In this document: piece after piece, positions 39,861 to 53,472 of the stretch
Layout of the letters: the number at the start of each line of letters is the position of its first letter
Position numbering within the stretch: position 1 is the stretch's first letter
Origin: Octopus sinensis
Taxonomy: Eukaryota
Assembly (NCBI RefSeq): GCF_006345805.1
Contig: NC_043008.1
Coordinates: 72,788,001 to 72,852,000, forward strand
DNA: 64,000 nt
Reading direction: 5' to 3'
Translations under genes and position numbers: made by a program
The notes under the pieces: model-generated
The model's input: only the letters and a program-made list of their open reading frames with translations
What the model was told of the DNA's origin: nothing
The model's database searches: none

Positions 39861-40869
39861 AAAGGAAGGGGTTGTTAGAACCTATTGTTTCACTGATGCA
39901 TTATTTTATCAACCTGGGAAATTAAGCAACAGGATTGGAAATGCATTTTGTTTGCTACTCTAATGATGCTGCCAAGCCATCACTATCAATACATTCTATG
40001 GTGGCATTAATTAGGAAAACCTTGAAGATATTTTCTTCCCTATAATTGTTAATTCAGCAGAAGCACACATCATGTGCTCAAAATGTTCTTGTTGCTCTTT
40101 CAAACATCCACAAAAGCTTCCAGCATAAACCATGGCCAGGTGAGCATGAAGACTGTTTATTTTAATTCATCTTGATGGATACTACAATATGATACAGCAG
40201 CTGAAAATTCTTATCTGCACCGGAAAAGAGTTTACCACAATCAACTTACAGAATTTGTTCATAGAAAGTATTAATTGTAGCTGCATAAAGAATATTTTTA
40301 CAAGACATATTTGCCCTGAAAGAATTTATCCTGGATGAAAAAATTGCTCTTTTCTCTACTACTTAATAGTTAACAACATAAGATGCAAAAAAGGAAAAGG
40401 GAAAGATCAAATATGCCACTTTAAAACTATAAACTATTTTCTCTTTATGGAATGTTGAATTTAACTTAATTTATCTGTCCTGAGTTATGTCATGCTGATG
40501 GTTCCAAATAAAGATAAAATGGTGCTACACATGTCTACCAATGACTTTTAGAACTCTATATTAAACAGAAGAACCAAAATTAAACATAGGACCAGTTTTA
40601 AACAAGCTCCAGTTTTCTGTTTTAACCTTGTTTCTACGGCTGGACACTCTTCCTAACATCAACCACTTTACACAGTGTGCTGGATATTTTTGATGTCACA
40701 CTGGCACAGGTGCCTTCACATGACACTGGCACAGTTGCTTTTACATGGCACCAGCACAGATGCTGTTGTGTTGTACTAGCATGGGTGCTTTTACATGGAA
40801 CTGGCATGGTACTTTTATGTGGCACCAGTACCCACAAGCCTGCAAGACTAGAACCTCTCAGCTGAAAGA

Positions 40870-41260
40870 TGGACATGAAGAACATGACTGTCCCTTCCAC
40901 ATGCTCCCTCAACAATTACAGATCAGCACTTATTGATGCAGCTGTCCTCATCCAAACACATTGTGTAACTTTACCAGCGCAGTCGTCTCTCTTGCACACA
41001 ACATCTGATTTTTCATATACCCAATCTTTATCTCAAACACTCTCTCATTCATGCATACTCACATTACCCATCCAGCAAAATATGTTGGCTTCATTTCCTT
41101 GAAACCTTTTCCTGTCCTCAGTAGTAACAGTCCATGTTTCACCACCATGCAGCATAGCCGTTCATACACTGGCATCATACACTCTGCCTTCCACTCTGAG
41201 GGAGAGGCACTTTGTTACTAATTTTGTCCAACCCATTCTTATTCTAGCAGCCAGTTCTTA
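40870..41260 (-). mobile_element. RTE LINE fragment
   Basis: Minus-strand GRVYDASV*TAMLHGGETWT. Confidence 0.65.
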
Positions 41261-42683
41261 TTCTAGGAAGTCCTTTCTTATTATTACTCTATAATGGCAA
41301 ATTCATCAGAAAGATACACTATGTATTTCTGTCTTATTTTCGTATTTACAATGTAATAGAATAGTATGGAGAAATACGGAAAGAAGTCTTCTATAAACAA
41401 TACATCTCTGAATGCAGTTCCAGTTATAAATTATATCTCATGATATCTAGAGAGTTAAAAACAAAATGAGTGAACTGCAATTCAAAGAACTGTGATACAG
41501 TGACACCAAAGTGACTCTCTAACTTTCAACTAGGCAAATTATATATATATTACATATATTGGTTTGATCTAAATGAGATAGAATATTAATAACTGATACC
41601 TCCATGATACTTAACTCTACAGTAAAAAGCATTGTGTGCATTATATGTTGGTCTGATCATAGCCAAGCTGAATAAATTTGCCACTGTAGAAGACAATGTC
41701 TCCAGTGAAGAAAGATATTTCAGTCATTATTACCTCTCCATTTTTTATAATGGTATATAATAGTTACATTTTCCTTCAGTATATTGCTTTCATATTTTGG
41801 CACAAGGCCAGCAATTTGGGGATAGTGGGTAATCGATTACAATGACCCCAGTGTCCAACTGGTACTTATGTTATCAACCTCTGAAAGGATGTAAGGTATT
41901 GATATTTGAACTCAGAGTGTAAAGAAGGATGAAATTCCACTATGTATCTTGCCTGGTGTGGTAAGGATTTTACCAGCTCAGTGCCTTAATTTCCCGCAGT
42001 ATATTGCTGATATTTCTATTAACACTCTGTGAAGATTAATGTCAAAGTTGGTACTGATATAATTTAAAATCAGAATTTGTAAAAACATGTTCTGTTGCCA
42101 GTGCCACTGGATAGGCTCCTGTGCAGGTGGCACGTAAAAAACACCATTTGAGCATGGCTGTTGCCAGTACCGCCTGACTAGCTCTCGTGCCAGTGGCATG
42201 TAAAAGCACCCACTACACTCTCGGAGTGGTTGGTGTTAGAAAGGGCAACAAATATACTGCTAGGTTTTTATTAACTGCTCTAATGCTTCTGCCATGTTAA
42301 ATGAATGTTCTCTTGAAGCATTGGTTTACAGCCAGATATCTTCCTTGATGCCACCTTTTCCTGTTACAAAAGTAAGGTGTCACCTATCTTACAAGTTTTC
42401 CCAAGGTACAAAATCAGTTGATGATTTCATGGTGGGAAATGGAAACTGATCAAGCAGTGGAAGGGGTGAAGCTCAAATATAAAACACAAATACGTAGATG
42501 GGCTTTTTCTCAGTTTCCATCTACTGAATCCATTGACAAAGCAACTGGCTGGCTTCTGATGTCATAGTAGAAATCACTTGGCCTAGCTGTTGCACAATGT
42601 GAGGGAAACTGAAATGTGGGATGGAGAGAGAACTTCTCAAGTACAAGGTGATAACTGCACCTTAACTAATGCCTGCACTGTAG

Positions 42684-42719
<36 letters not shown>

Positions 42720-43448
42720 TGGATGGTGGTGATGACGATGATGAGGATGGTGCTTTCTACTACAGGCACAAGGCCTAGAATTTGGTGGGGCCTGGCTAGC
42801 CGATTACATTGACCACAATGCTCCACTGGTACTTATTTTATTGACTCATAGAGAATGAAGGGCAAAGTCAACCTCAGCAGAATTTGAACTCAGAACATAA
42901 AGCCGGAAGAAATGCCACACAGCATTGTGTCCAGCATGCTAAGAGTTCTGCCAATTTGCCAATAATAATAATAATAACAACAACAACAACAACAATAATA
43001 ATGATAATAATAATAATAATAATGTGCATGTGTTTTAAATTATTAATATGACACTACCATGATACAATTCTTCTAAATAGCCTACTGCAATGTTCTAACA
43101 TAGACCATTATCTCTCCAAAAGGTGCCTATTAATACATTAAACCAATATTCAGTGATAGCTTCTAATACTACATTTTTTTTTCTTTCATCTGCTGCCTTT
43201 GTTTGAAATACATTTAAGAAAGAATTCTCAAGAAAGTTGGTAGCATGTAAGATGATCATTAACACCATTCTTGTCTTGAAATATTTCAACTAACTTTTGT
43301 TTAAAATACTTTACATAAGCAATTTATTTTGCAGAGAAGCTGGACATATCTGCTAAATTACACCTACAAGTTAAAATATAATATATATTTCTCACACAAA
43401 CACACATACTCACACAAGCAAATATACATTTGACTCAAAAGCAGTGTG

Positions 43449-43484
<36 letters not shown>

Positions 43485-44237
43485 TATATAATTTTATATA
43501 TATATAAAAATGTGAAATAGTTTTTCCCCAAAAGCTAGGTTTAGTGTATATCGGTGTATTCAACTTTCTCCCTATTGTTTCTACTTAGTTCTACCCATGT
43601 TCAACATTAAAACTTACTTGCTCTTCTTACAATAACTTAGAAAATAAATAAAAATATAAAAGCTTATTATTATCATTATTATTATTTTTACTACTACTAT
43701 CTATTTTCCCCCCTACTTTTCTTAAATGAAATGCATTAGTTTTTCTCTTGGTCTGCAATAAAACAAAACAACAACAATAGCAAGAACAAAGACTTGTCAT
43801 CAATTGTTGGCTGTGTCTTATATTTTATTAACAAATAATAATAATAAATAACAATAATAATCACTAGTATTGGAGAAAAAATATCCAACAGTGACAAGAG
43901 AGTGAGAAAGAGGGAGAGAGATATCTTGTTCTGTTTTGGCTATTTTTAACTGAAAAATGGATGAAATATTTTCAATGAGCTATGACAATATTTCATGCAA
44001 GTTATGTTATTATCTCCCCCTATCCCATCCTCTTTCTACTCCTTTTTTTTTCATCAATATCAGCTTATTTATCATTATAGTTGTGTAGCAATGGTTTGGT
44101 GCTAATGGAAAAGCTTTTAGAGAAAGTTTTGTTGTTGTTCTTGAATAGTCAGTACGGGTGTGGGTGTTGGCATTTCATTTTCTTTCGTACATTGATGAAA
44201 GAAAGAAATGACTTAACATAAAGTGTGTATGTATACA

Positions 44238-44290
<53 letters not shown>

Positions 44291-44754
44291 GTACATACAT
44301 ATTTATGCACACAGACACGCACAGACGTACATATATCGATAGATAGATCAAAAGGTATACGTCTTCTTTACCCATTTTTCTGCCAGTAATTTAATAGTTT
44401 TGATTGTAGGGTAATAACTGAAAATATGGAGGAGATATTACTGAAAGTGGGCTACAAACAAAACTAATAATCAAAAGAATAAAATACAATAAAACACAAA
44501 AATATATTCTGCTCAGTTATAAAATAGAAATTACTATATTGAAATATGTGCTCTTTATTAATACACACACACACACATGGAGAGAGAGAGGGAAGAGAGG
44601 GAGTGGAAGGGAGAGAGAGATGTCTGCTTAAATATTTATGCATGCTGAAATATAATTAAATATCAATGTATATACATATACATATACATTTTTAAAGATT
44701 AATGTAGAAAACACTATTGAAAGGTGTATATGTTATTATAGGTGTTGATACACA

Positions 44755-44804
44755 CACAAACATATATATATACATTTATATATGTGTATACATGATTATA
44801 TATA

Positions 44805-44838
<34 letters not shown>

Positions 44839-44867
44839 TATATATATACATATATATACATATATAT

Positions 44868-44932
<65 letters not shown>

Positions 44933-44960
44933 TTATATATATGTATGTATGTATATTATA
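44755..44960. repeat. (TA)n microsatellite
   Basis: Direct reading. Confidence 0.9.
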
Positions 44961-46339
44961 CTATCTTCATCATTTTATCATCAGGTTCCCATGCTTGCCT
45001 GGTCAAGACAAGGTTTTGTTGAGGTAGAATTTTCCATAGCTAAAGAACCTTCTTGCCATCCATTTCCAAGCATGGTAAAAATTCTGTTGCAGTAGCCTGC
45101 ACAAAAATGACATCATTCGCAAAACTTTATTTACAGTCAGCTCACACATCCTAAAATAGGGGATGTACACTCAGTCACACACATCCAGAGTAAGCTCTTT
45201 CAATTTTCATCTACTGAATATTTTTTATAAGTTTCTGGTCAATCAGTGACTATATAGGACAGGGGACTAGCTGACAATAGTTACAGGGGAATAGCTGACA
45301 ATTGCTAACAATGTAGTTTATAGTGAAATTCTCAACCACACAACTATATCTGTGCTTCATACAGATCACAAAATGTAGTTAGGGCTTGTGGAAGGGACCT
45401 GGGGAAACATTAGAATGATCTCAGGATTGAACTTCATGGATGAGATGATAAAGGACTGGGATGTTCAGCACTATGAGGTTCTCAAAAAGACATGCCCATC
45501 TCAGCAAAATTATTTCTGTAAGCGCTGTATGCATGTATATGCACAAATGGGTACTTTGTTCAATCTTCTCCACATATCTCCCCCTCCCATCATCATCTCT
45601 CTCTGCAACACTCCCCACCACCGGGACCATCCTGTGTCTCAATAATTGAAAACATCTCAGTTTTTAGCCAATATTTTCCCATTAATCATTGTTTCCCCTA
45701 TGTATTAGTAATTCATGCTCCACCACTGAACTACCAAATTTTCCCCCTCAACATACGTTATGTTTGTCTCTCTCTCTCTCTCTCTCTTGTCTCTTTTCCC
45801 CCTGCATCTCTTTCCCGCTCCTATAGTCTATCCAAGCATATATCATCTCTCTCTTGTCCTCCCTGCCACTCTTCCCCATTCCCATCTACACTCTTCTACT
45901 ATCTCAAACTTATGCATCATTAGTCATCAAACATTCCCAGCATCCACCCTTCAGTTTCACCCAATATTTGAAGCTGTTACCAGCCTCCACCCACCAACCT
46001 AGTCCCACTGTCCTAACATACTTCTACTCACCTCGTACCTTGAAGAGAAACTTGCTCTCACAGATAATGTTCACTCTCTCTCCTAAAGGTGAATATCTAT
46101 GTAGCTTCTCCACAAGAACTTGCTTGTCCACCTCCCCTCTTCCCTTTTCCAATAAATCCTACCATGCCAACCACTTGGGGTTTTATAGTATTGTGAGCTG
46201 CATGGCAACTACACTAGTATCAGTGGCAAGAAAAAGTACCCAGTACACACTGAAAATGACTGGTGTTAGGAAAACCTGAAAATGGTTGGTGTGATGAAGA
46301 CCTTGGTTTCATAATAAACCAGTAAAGATTGTGGAGAAC

Positions 46340-47070
46340 ACCAGCAGTAATCATCACAAACCTGTCTTTTGCAGATGGGATAGCACTCATATCTGATGAA
46401 ATAGATCAAGCTCAACAACTGCTCAACAGAGTAGAAATATGAGCTGCTAAGATAGGAATGTACACAAATGTCAATGAAACTGAATACGTGACTTTGAACC
46501 AATCAAGTGATACTGAAGTGTTTGTTTTGAGCAGTACCAATTTGAATGTAGCTGAAGACTTCCAGTACTGAAGTGGTTGGGTGAGCAGTTCAGAAAAAGA
46601 CATCAAGATGAGGAGGGAACAAACATGGACAGCTTGTCACAAACTAAAGGAAGTCTGGATCTCCAAATTGCTCAGACAAATTAAAATCAAACTGTTCATT
46701 GCAACTATTGAATCAGTGCTGTTATATGGTAGTGAAACATGGACACTGGCAAAGAAATTGGCTAAATGGATGCTACTCAAGGATGCTGCAAATGGCTCTA
46801 AATGTGAAATAATAGCTACATATGACAAACAAATGCTGTTATGGAGACCTGCTGAAAGTTAGCAGTCAGATCAGGCAAAGATGGCTGTGACTATCTAACA
46901 GTCTAGTGGCACCTACTTCATGGTGAAAGAAGAAGAGGAAGCATCACCACACTTACATCAAGAATCTGATTGCAAACGCTGGCCTGGAATACATCCAGGA
47001 CTTTGAGGCAGTGATGATGGACTGAGAATTGTGATGGATAGACTTTGTTGCTGTGGCCCAGGTTGGAACC
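46340..47070 (+). mobile_element. RTE LINE RT/C-terminal fragment
   Basis: LSFADGIALISD, KLFIATIESVLLYGSETWTL, with stops. Confidence 0.8.
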
Positions 47071-47259
47071 TGGCCATGATAATAATAGGAAAGGCATTCA
47101 GCTATAGAAAGTGTGCCAAAGCAGACAGTGGAGCACAATGAGATCCTTTAACTCCTCAGATCCTGTCAAACTATCCAATACACGCCAGAATGTAACACAA
47201 ACATTAAATAATGATGAAATACTTGAATGCAATCATTATTGGAAGTAGAATTATATAAT

Positions 47260-47646
47260 AGGCGCAGGAGTGGCTGTGTGGTAAGTAGCTTGCTAATCAA
47301 CCACATGGTTCTGGGTTCAGTCCCACTGCGTGGCATCTTGGGCAAGTGTCTTCTGCTATAGCCTCGGGCCTTGTGAGTGGATTTGGTAGACGGAAACTGA
47401 AAGAAGCCTGTCGTGTATATGTATATATATATATGCGTGTGTGTGTGTGTCTGTGTTTGTCCCCCTAGCATTGCTTGACAACCGATGCTGGTGTGTTTAT
47501 GTCCCCGTTACTTAGCGGTTCGGCAAAAGAGACTGATAGAATAAGGGCTTACAAAGAATAAGTCCCGGGGTTGAGTTGCTCTATTAAAGGCGGTGCTCCA
47601 GCATGGCCGCAGTCAAATGACTGAAACAAGTAAAAGAGTAAAGAGT
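47260..47646 (+). mobile_element. SINE family A (young)
   Basis: tggctgtgtgg A box, ggttcagtccc B box, internal TA/TG tract, taaaagag tail. Confidence 0.92.
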
Positions 47647-48309
47647 AATGAATTTAATTGAAAGCAGATACTTCTCAAATTATTAGGCTGAGCTTCTCAT
47701 TTCTTATCTGTGGATAATTATTAAAAAATGTGTGAAAAAGAAAATATCTAATAAGAAAACAGAGGAAGTGATTGAATATATTAAGTATAAAGCAGACAAG
47801 ATAAAGTTGATTATACAGATCTGCATCTTAAACAAGTAAAAAGGTTAGAATCCAGAATGTCCATATTAGGCTTCAATCCATTTTAAACAAGTATTTAACA
47901 TTCTTACCTTATTTCTACCTATCTCACAAAAGACATTCATGTGTTCTCAGACAAGGCCAAATATGATGGCATAGATGAAATCATATAAGAGACTGTTCTC
48001 TGATAACATTACCAATGCCAATTACAAAAGTTTTGGTGTCACACACACTTTTATTAACTAAGAAGCTTTAGAAATCACAAGTTCCTTTAATACAGACAAT
48101 AGAAAATTTATCCCTAACACTCATGGAGCCAGCTTTCAGAATAATTCTAAATGAAAGCTAAACAACTGCCCAAAAGCTGAAGTATGAATATGAGTAAGTA
48201 TAATGTAAATTTATCCATGGTTATAATTTTTTAAAAAATATAATATCCAGAATAGCTAATGTAACAAAACAAACAACATTGTAAATCTAATCATTTTGCT
48301 AGAGGATAG

Positions 48310-48750
48310 GTGTAGGGATAGCTGTGTGGTTAAGAAGCTCACTTTGCAACCACATGTTTTCAGGTTCCATTCCAATGCACAGCACTGTGGACAAGTGTTT
48401 ACTACAGACTCATGCTGCCTTGTGAATGAATTTGATAGACAGAAAACTTATAAAGGCTTACTGTGTGTGTGTGTGTGTGCACGTGTGTGTGTGTGTGTGT
48501 GTGTGTACGTGCATGTACATGGTGTGTGTGTGTGCATGCATGTATGTGTGTGTGTATTTGTAGCCCACCACTTGACAACCAGTTTGGTTTGTTCATATCT
48601 ATGTAACTTTGCACTTCAGCAAAAGAGAATGATAAAATAAGAAGCAGATTTAAAATATTAGTACTTGAGCCATGTTGTTTCCCTAAGCCCTCCAAGGTAT
48701 GCTCCAGCATAAATACAGTTTTATGAATAAAGCAAATAAAAAAAGATAAA
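48310..48750 (+). mobile_element. SINE family A (old)
   Basis: Diverged but colinear with the 47260 copy. Confidence 0.7.
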
Positions 48751-48849
48751 ATATAGAATTTTTATATTTCTATGATGGACTCTCTCATCAAAGATGACAT
48801 ATGAATGTTCAGTGATTGCTAGAGGACCTGTACGAATGATTTGTTTATA

Positions 48850-49075
48850 GGGATCAAGTATATGTGCTGTACATTAAGCTCACTCCCACTATCAAATCAA
48901 CATTGCTTGAACAGGTGCACAAGTGTGCCACACGTCAAATATTGGAATGATCACAGAACAACCTGAAATGAAGTGTTTTGGTTCAAGAACATAATGCATT
49001 ACTTGGTCAGGAATCGAACCCATGGTCTTGCAATCGTGAGTGCAACACCCAAACCACTAGGCCACATGCCTTCAC
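48850..49075 (-). mobile_element. tRNA-derived SINE
   Basis: Minus strand tggcctagtgg (A box) and ggttcgattcc (B box). Confidence 0.75.
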
Positions 49076-52000
49076 ACTATAACTAAACTCTTTCTTAAGG
49101 CTTCAGCATTCACTGTTGCCATTCTGCCAATCTAGGAATCTAACATCAAGATAATTATGCTTATAAAGAAATCCTTCTTGCCATTAGATATTTCGAACTG
49201 GGTACAGACAAAGAAAATCTACAGAAAAAGAAAAAAAAGAAAAAACAAGGCAATTTTGTGTTTCCATGGGAGCCAGATGATGAAACTGAATAGTGCAAAA
49301 TTATTGGAATTTATATTTTTAATCTTGTCAGTAAAAATTTCCTATCTTATGAAGAGGTCTTTATGGAGACAATATGAGTTGCCACAGATTAGATTAAAAT
49401 ATCAAAATTAATTAAGTGAGATTGGCTTATGAATAACAGCTGGATAATGATCTTTGTACAGTTAATTTTGGGGTCTGACCTAATACTTAGAATGAAATGG
49501 ATTTTTACTCTTAATCCTGTCTTATATTTTACAAAATTTAAACTCTAATAGTAGTAATCATTATTCTTCATTATCTTATGATTAGGTTAGTCATTAAGTC
49601 TTAGTATTATAATGCAGCCCTATGTGGCTTTTGAAATAAAATGAAATATACTATCTGAATGTTCCCAAATTCAAGCATAGTCTATGAGATATTTTGTGCT
49701 GCAATCCAAATTTTGGTTTAAATATGTGAAGAAATATTACCAAAGATTTCCTAAATTTAATTTCTTCCCATTTCTTGATAAATAGATATCATGAAAATCT
49801 ATAACAGAAATTCATTCAAAATTAGCTGTTCTTGGAGTAAAATTTTGTTAGATCTATTAACATTTTACTTCAAAAAGCTTTCTGCAAATCTATAAGAGAT
49901 ATCCAGCTAAGGTCAACTACTCTTGCAGAAAAAATTCTGATAGTTTTCTTCATGATTTTACTTCAAAAACTCTTTAACATCAATATTAATGTTACTTCTC
50001 CAACTTATATGATTATATTACTCGAAACAGTTATCTGCACAAAAGTTAATCCCTTTTTAAAGTTGTTGGTTACTGTACCAAGGTACAAGGTACCAAATCT
50101 TATATTGGTTTGTCAAAGAATAAATTCAAGACATTTCATGTTCATTCATGCATCCAGATAAAAAATGTATATATATATATATATTTAACAAGCTTGACTA
50201 ATAAAAAACATTTTATAAAACAAGTTTCATTGCATTTGGTGTATTCTCGAACATACACATTCATATTTGCACAATATATTTCACTTAGATTTACATTGTA
50301 AATAAAACTGAGTTAATGATTTTTTTTTGTCGTATTTCAAACTTACTCGGACTTCAGAAGTCTAAGACCTTGAATATATATTTAATATAGTCGTGTGTGT
50401 AAGAAGGTGAATAGACAGGTAGTTATCTAGAGGGATAGTTTTTTTTGCCGACTCACCAACAAGTGAAGTTACAGAACTGATTTCTTAGGTGTAAAATATT
50501 TGATAATGCGTTATAACTGAAAGGCTCTGGCTCTAAATTGATAGTACTCTGATTTTCATGTTTCCTTTCTCTCAGCAGATAATCTGAGACAGTTTTTTGT
50601 CACATTGTTTCTTGTTTGAATAAATCTTGAAATGTAATATGAAAGCTATCAAGAAAATGCATTAGATTTTTTAAAATACAGAGGCAAGCAATGCATATAA
50701 AAATGGCTGTTTCAAGAGCATATTTCTTGTTTTACTTCTGTCTCTCAAGGAAATACACCTAATGTCATATTTTGGAAACACTTTGAAGACCAGTATTTTA
50801 TTTCCTAACAAGCTCGAGAATAAGGAAGTTTGTACTCATATAAAAGATACTTAGGTCCCTGAATACAAAGTTTTATAATTGTTTTTCCAAACTGTTACTT
50901 CTTGAAACAAAATTCTTAATTTTTCATGTATGCATGCGTGTGTGTGTGTGTGTATGTGTGTGTGTTTGTATGTTTTATAAGGAAATAGTTGACAGCGACT
51001 TTAGGATTTCAGTTAGCTCACCTTCAGCAGATTGTACTTTACTTGGATTATCTCTGGTTTTATATAAACTTTGGTAAGTTGATTTTGTGGATGTTAGCTG
51101 GAACTATGTAAATTTTAATTAGGCATGGTGTAAGTCGACATGGAATTGTGTAGAAAGGGATGATTGAGTAAAAGAATAAAGTATGTGTCTGTAGTGTGTA
51201 GACTGGAAAAAGTTACAGTGAGGAGATTTATTTTGGCTTGACATGGGAATTTTACTATTACTTAGGGTACACTGAAGCACGAAAGTAAAGGTGTGAATCG
51301 ATGTCTCAAATAAAGGACACAACGTCCTTCAGAAATTTAGCTTTTGTTAGGTTTAGGAATTTTCAAGTAAATAGTCTTATGTCATAGCCCAAATAGTTTA
51401 CATGCCAATAAATGTATCCTTGAAATCAACCAACCAGCCTAAATTTAATGACCGATCATTAATGTGAACATGTGCAATGCATATATGCTCTATCAGTTAG
51501 TCCATGGAAAACAAGGACTTTAGTGAAATGCATATTCTGCATCGCATCATTTACAAATTTAATGAAGTCAGCAATATGCAACACATGCAAAGGAAAATAC
51601 ATGGACATCTTATCCTATTGGTGTGAGTATTCAGAAATGCCAACAAATTCAAAAATGGTGATTTTAATCTTTTTGATAGATATCAATCAAGAAGATCAAC
51701 TATTTTCAATAATTACACAGCATAAATGGCAATTAAAGAGGATCTGCACCAACATGTTGAGGACTTATAACTAAAGACTTAATAAACCTTGGCCCACCTT
51801 ACAAAATCATCTTAAGTAGATTGGGAAAGACAATAGAAGTATATAGAGAAGGCAAATGGGTACCTCATCATGCAACTTGGTAATGCAAGGCTATATTCCT
51901 CAAAAATAATTGTGAAGCTCTACACCATCCTCCCTACATGGTGGACCCCGCAGCATCAGCTTGTCAGTTATTCAGGTAACTTGAACATTCTACTAGTGGA

Positions 52001-52565
52001 AAACATTCAGAAGAAGGGAGAATGCCAAAATGGCTCTCCAAACATGATTCTTTTTGCCCAGGAATCAGAAAGCTAGTTTTAAAATGGGAAAATGTCATTG
52101 CTAATTATGACCAGTATAATTTCCATGGATAAATATATTTATGATGTTTTCTGATGATTTGAACTCATTATATGTGACATTATTTTTTGGTACCTCTAAT
52201 ACACAGACAGACAGACAGACACACACACACACACACATACTCACACACACCCACACACTCATAGACACACACACACACCTATACAAATGCACGCATACAT
52301 ACCAAAACTCACTGATTTCTAAAAACACTGATTTCAATTTTTTGGCAAAAGGTTAGCAAGTTTGGGGGAGGGTAAGTCAATTACATCTATTTCTAATGTT
52401 TAACTGGTACTTATTTTATCAACCCTGAAAGGATGAAAGGCAAAGTTGACCTCAGCAAAATTTGAATTAAGAACATGAAGATGGACAAAATGTCACTATG
52501 CATTTTGCCCAGCTTGCTAACAATTCTTCTGTTTAATGTTGAATGGTTTATATACATATACATGC

Positions 52566-52613
<48 letters not shown>

Positions 52614-52639
52614 ATGTATGTATGTATGTATACATATAC

Positions 52640-52907
52640 AGTTGAAGCATTCCTGTCACAACCTGGGACCTTGAAGACTGCTTAAATGCAAGAAAGTATA
52701 CTAGTCCCTTAATATTTGATATTCAGTATTTCATCTATTCAATAAGACAATCAATACTTCATTTCATTTTACTATATATATATATATTATTTATACTACA
52801 TATTCTATATTCCACATTAATATTATAAAGAATATAAATAAAACAGACAGAGTTGGAATTCCTTTGAATAATATATATCCCTCTATACACAATCATACAA
52901 ACCCCTT
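52640..52907 (+). mobile_element. Solo PLE-type 3' end (no inverted arm) in (TA)n
   Basis: Unique 270-bp island between two TA tracts, containing an HHR fold. Confidence 0.6.
52665..52708 (+). ncRNA. Minimal type-I hammerhead ribozyme
   Basis: gggac CTTGAAGA c tgc ttaaat gca a GAAA GTATAC TA gtccc; stem I gggac/gtccc, stem II tgc/gca, palindromic AGTATACT, predicted CUA site at 52703. Confidence 0.7.
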
Positions 52908-52914
52908 TATATAT

Positions 52915-52963
<49 letters not shown>

Positions 52964-53006
52964 TATATATATTATATATATATATATGTATGTATATATA
53001 TATATG

Positions 53007-53038
<32 letters not shown>

Positions 53039-53039
<1 letters not shown>

Positions 53040-53451
53040 GTGCAGGAGTGGCTGTGTGGTAAGTAGCTTGCTAACCAACCACATGGTTCCGGGTTCAGTC
53101 CCACTGCGTGGCATCTTGGGCAAGTGTCTTCTGCTACAGCCCCGGGCCGACAAACGCCTTGTGAGTGGATTTGGTAGACGGAAACTGAAAGAAGCCTGTC
53201 GTATATATGTATATATATATGTGTGTGTGTGTGTTTGTGTATGTGTGTTTGTCCCCCTAGCATTGCTTGACAACCGATGCTGGTGTGTTTACGTCCCTGT
53301 CACTTAGCAGTTCGGCAAAAAGAGACCGATAGAATAAGTACTGGGCTTACAAAGAATAAGTCCCGGGGTCGAGTTGCTCAACTAAAGGTGGTGCTCCAGC
53401 ATGGCCGCAGTCAAATGACTGAAACAAGTAAAAGAGTTAAAGAGAAAGAGA
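53039..53451 (+). mobile_element. SINE family A (young)
   Basis: Near-identical to the 47260 copy. Confidence 0.92.
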
Positions 53452-53472
53452 GTATATATATACACACACACA

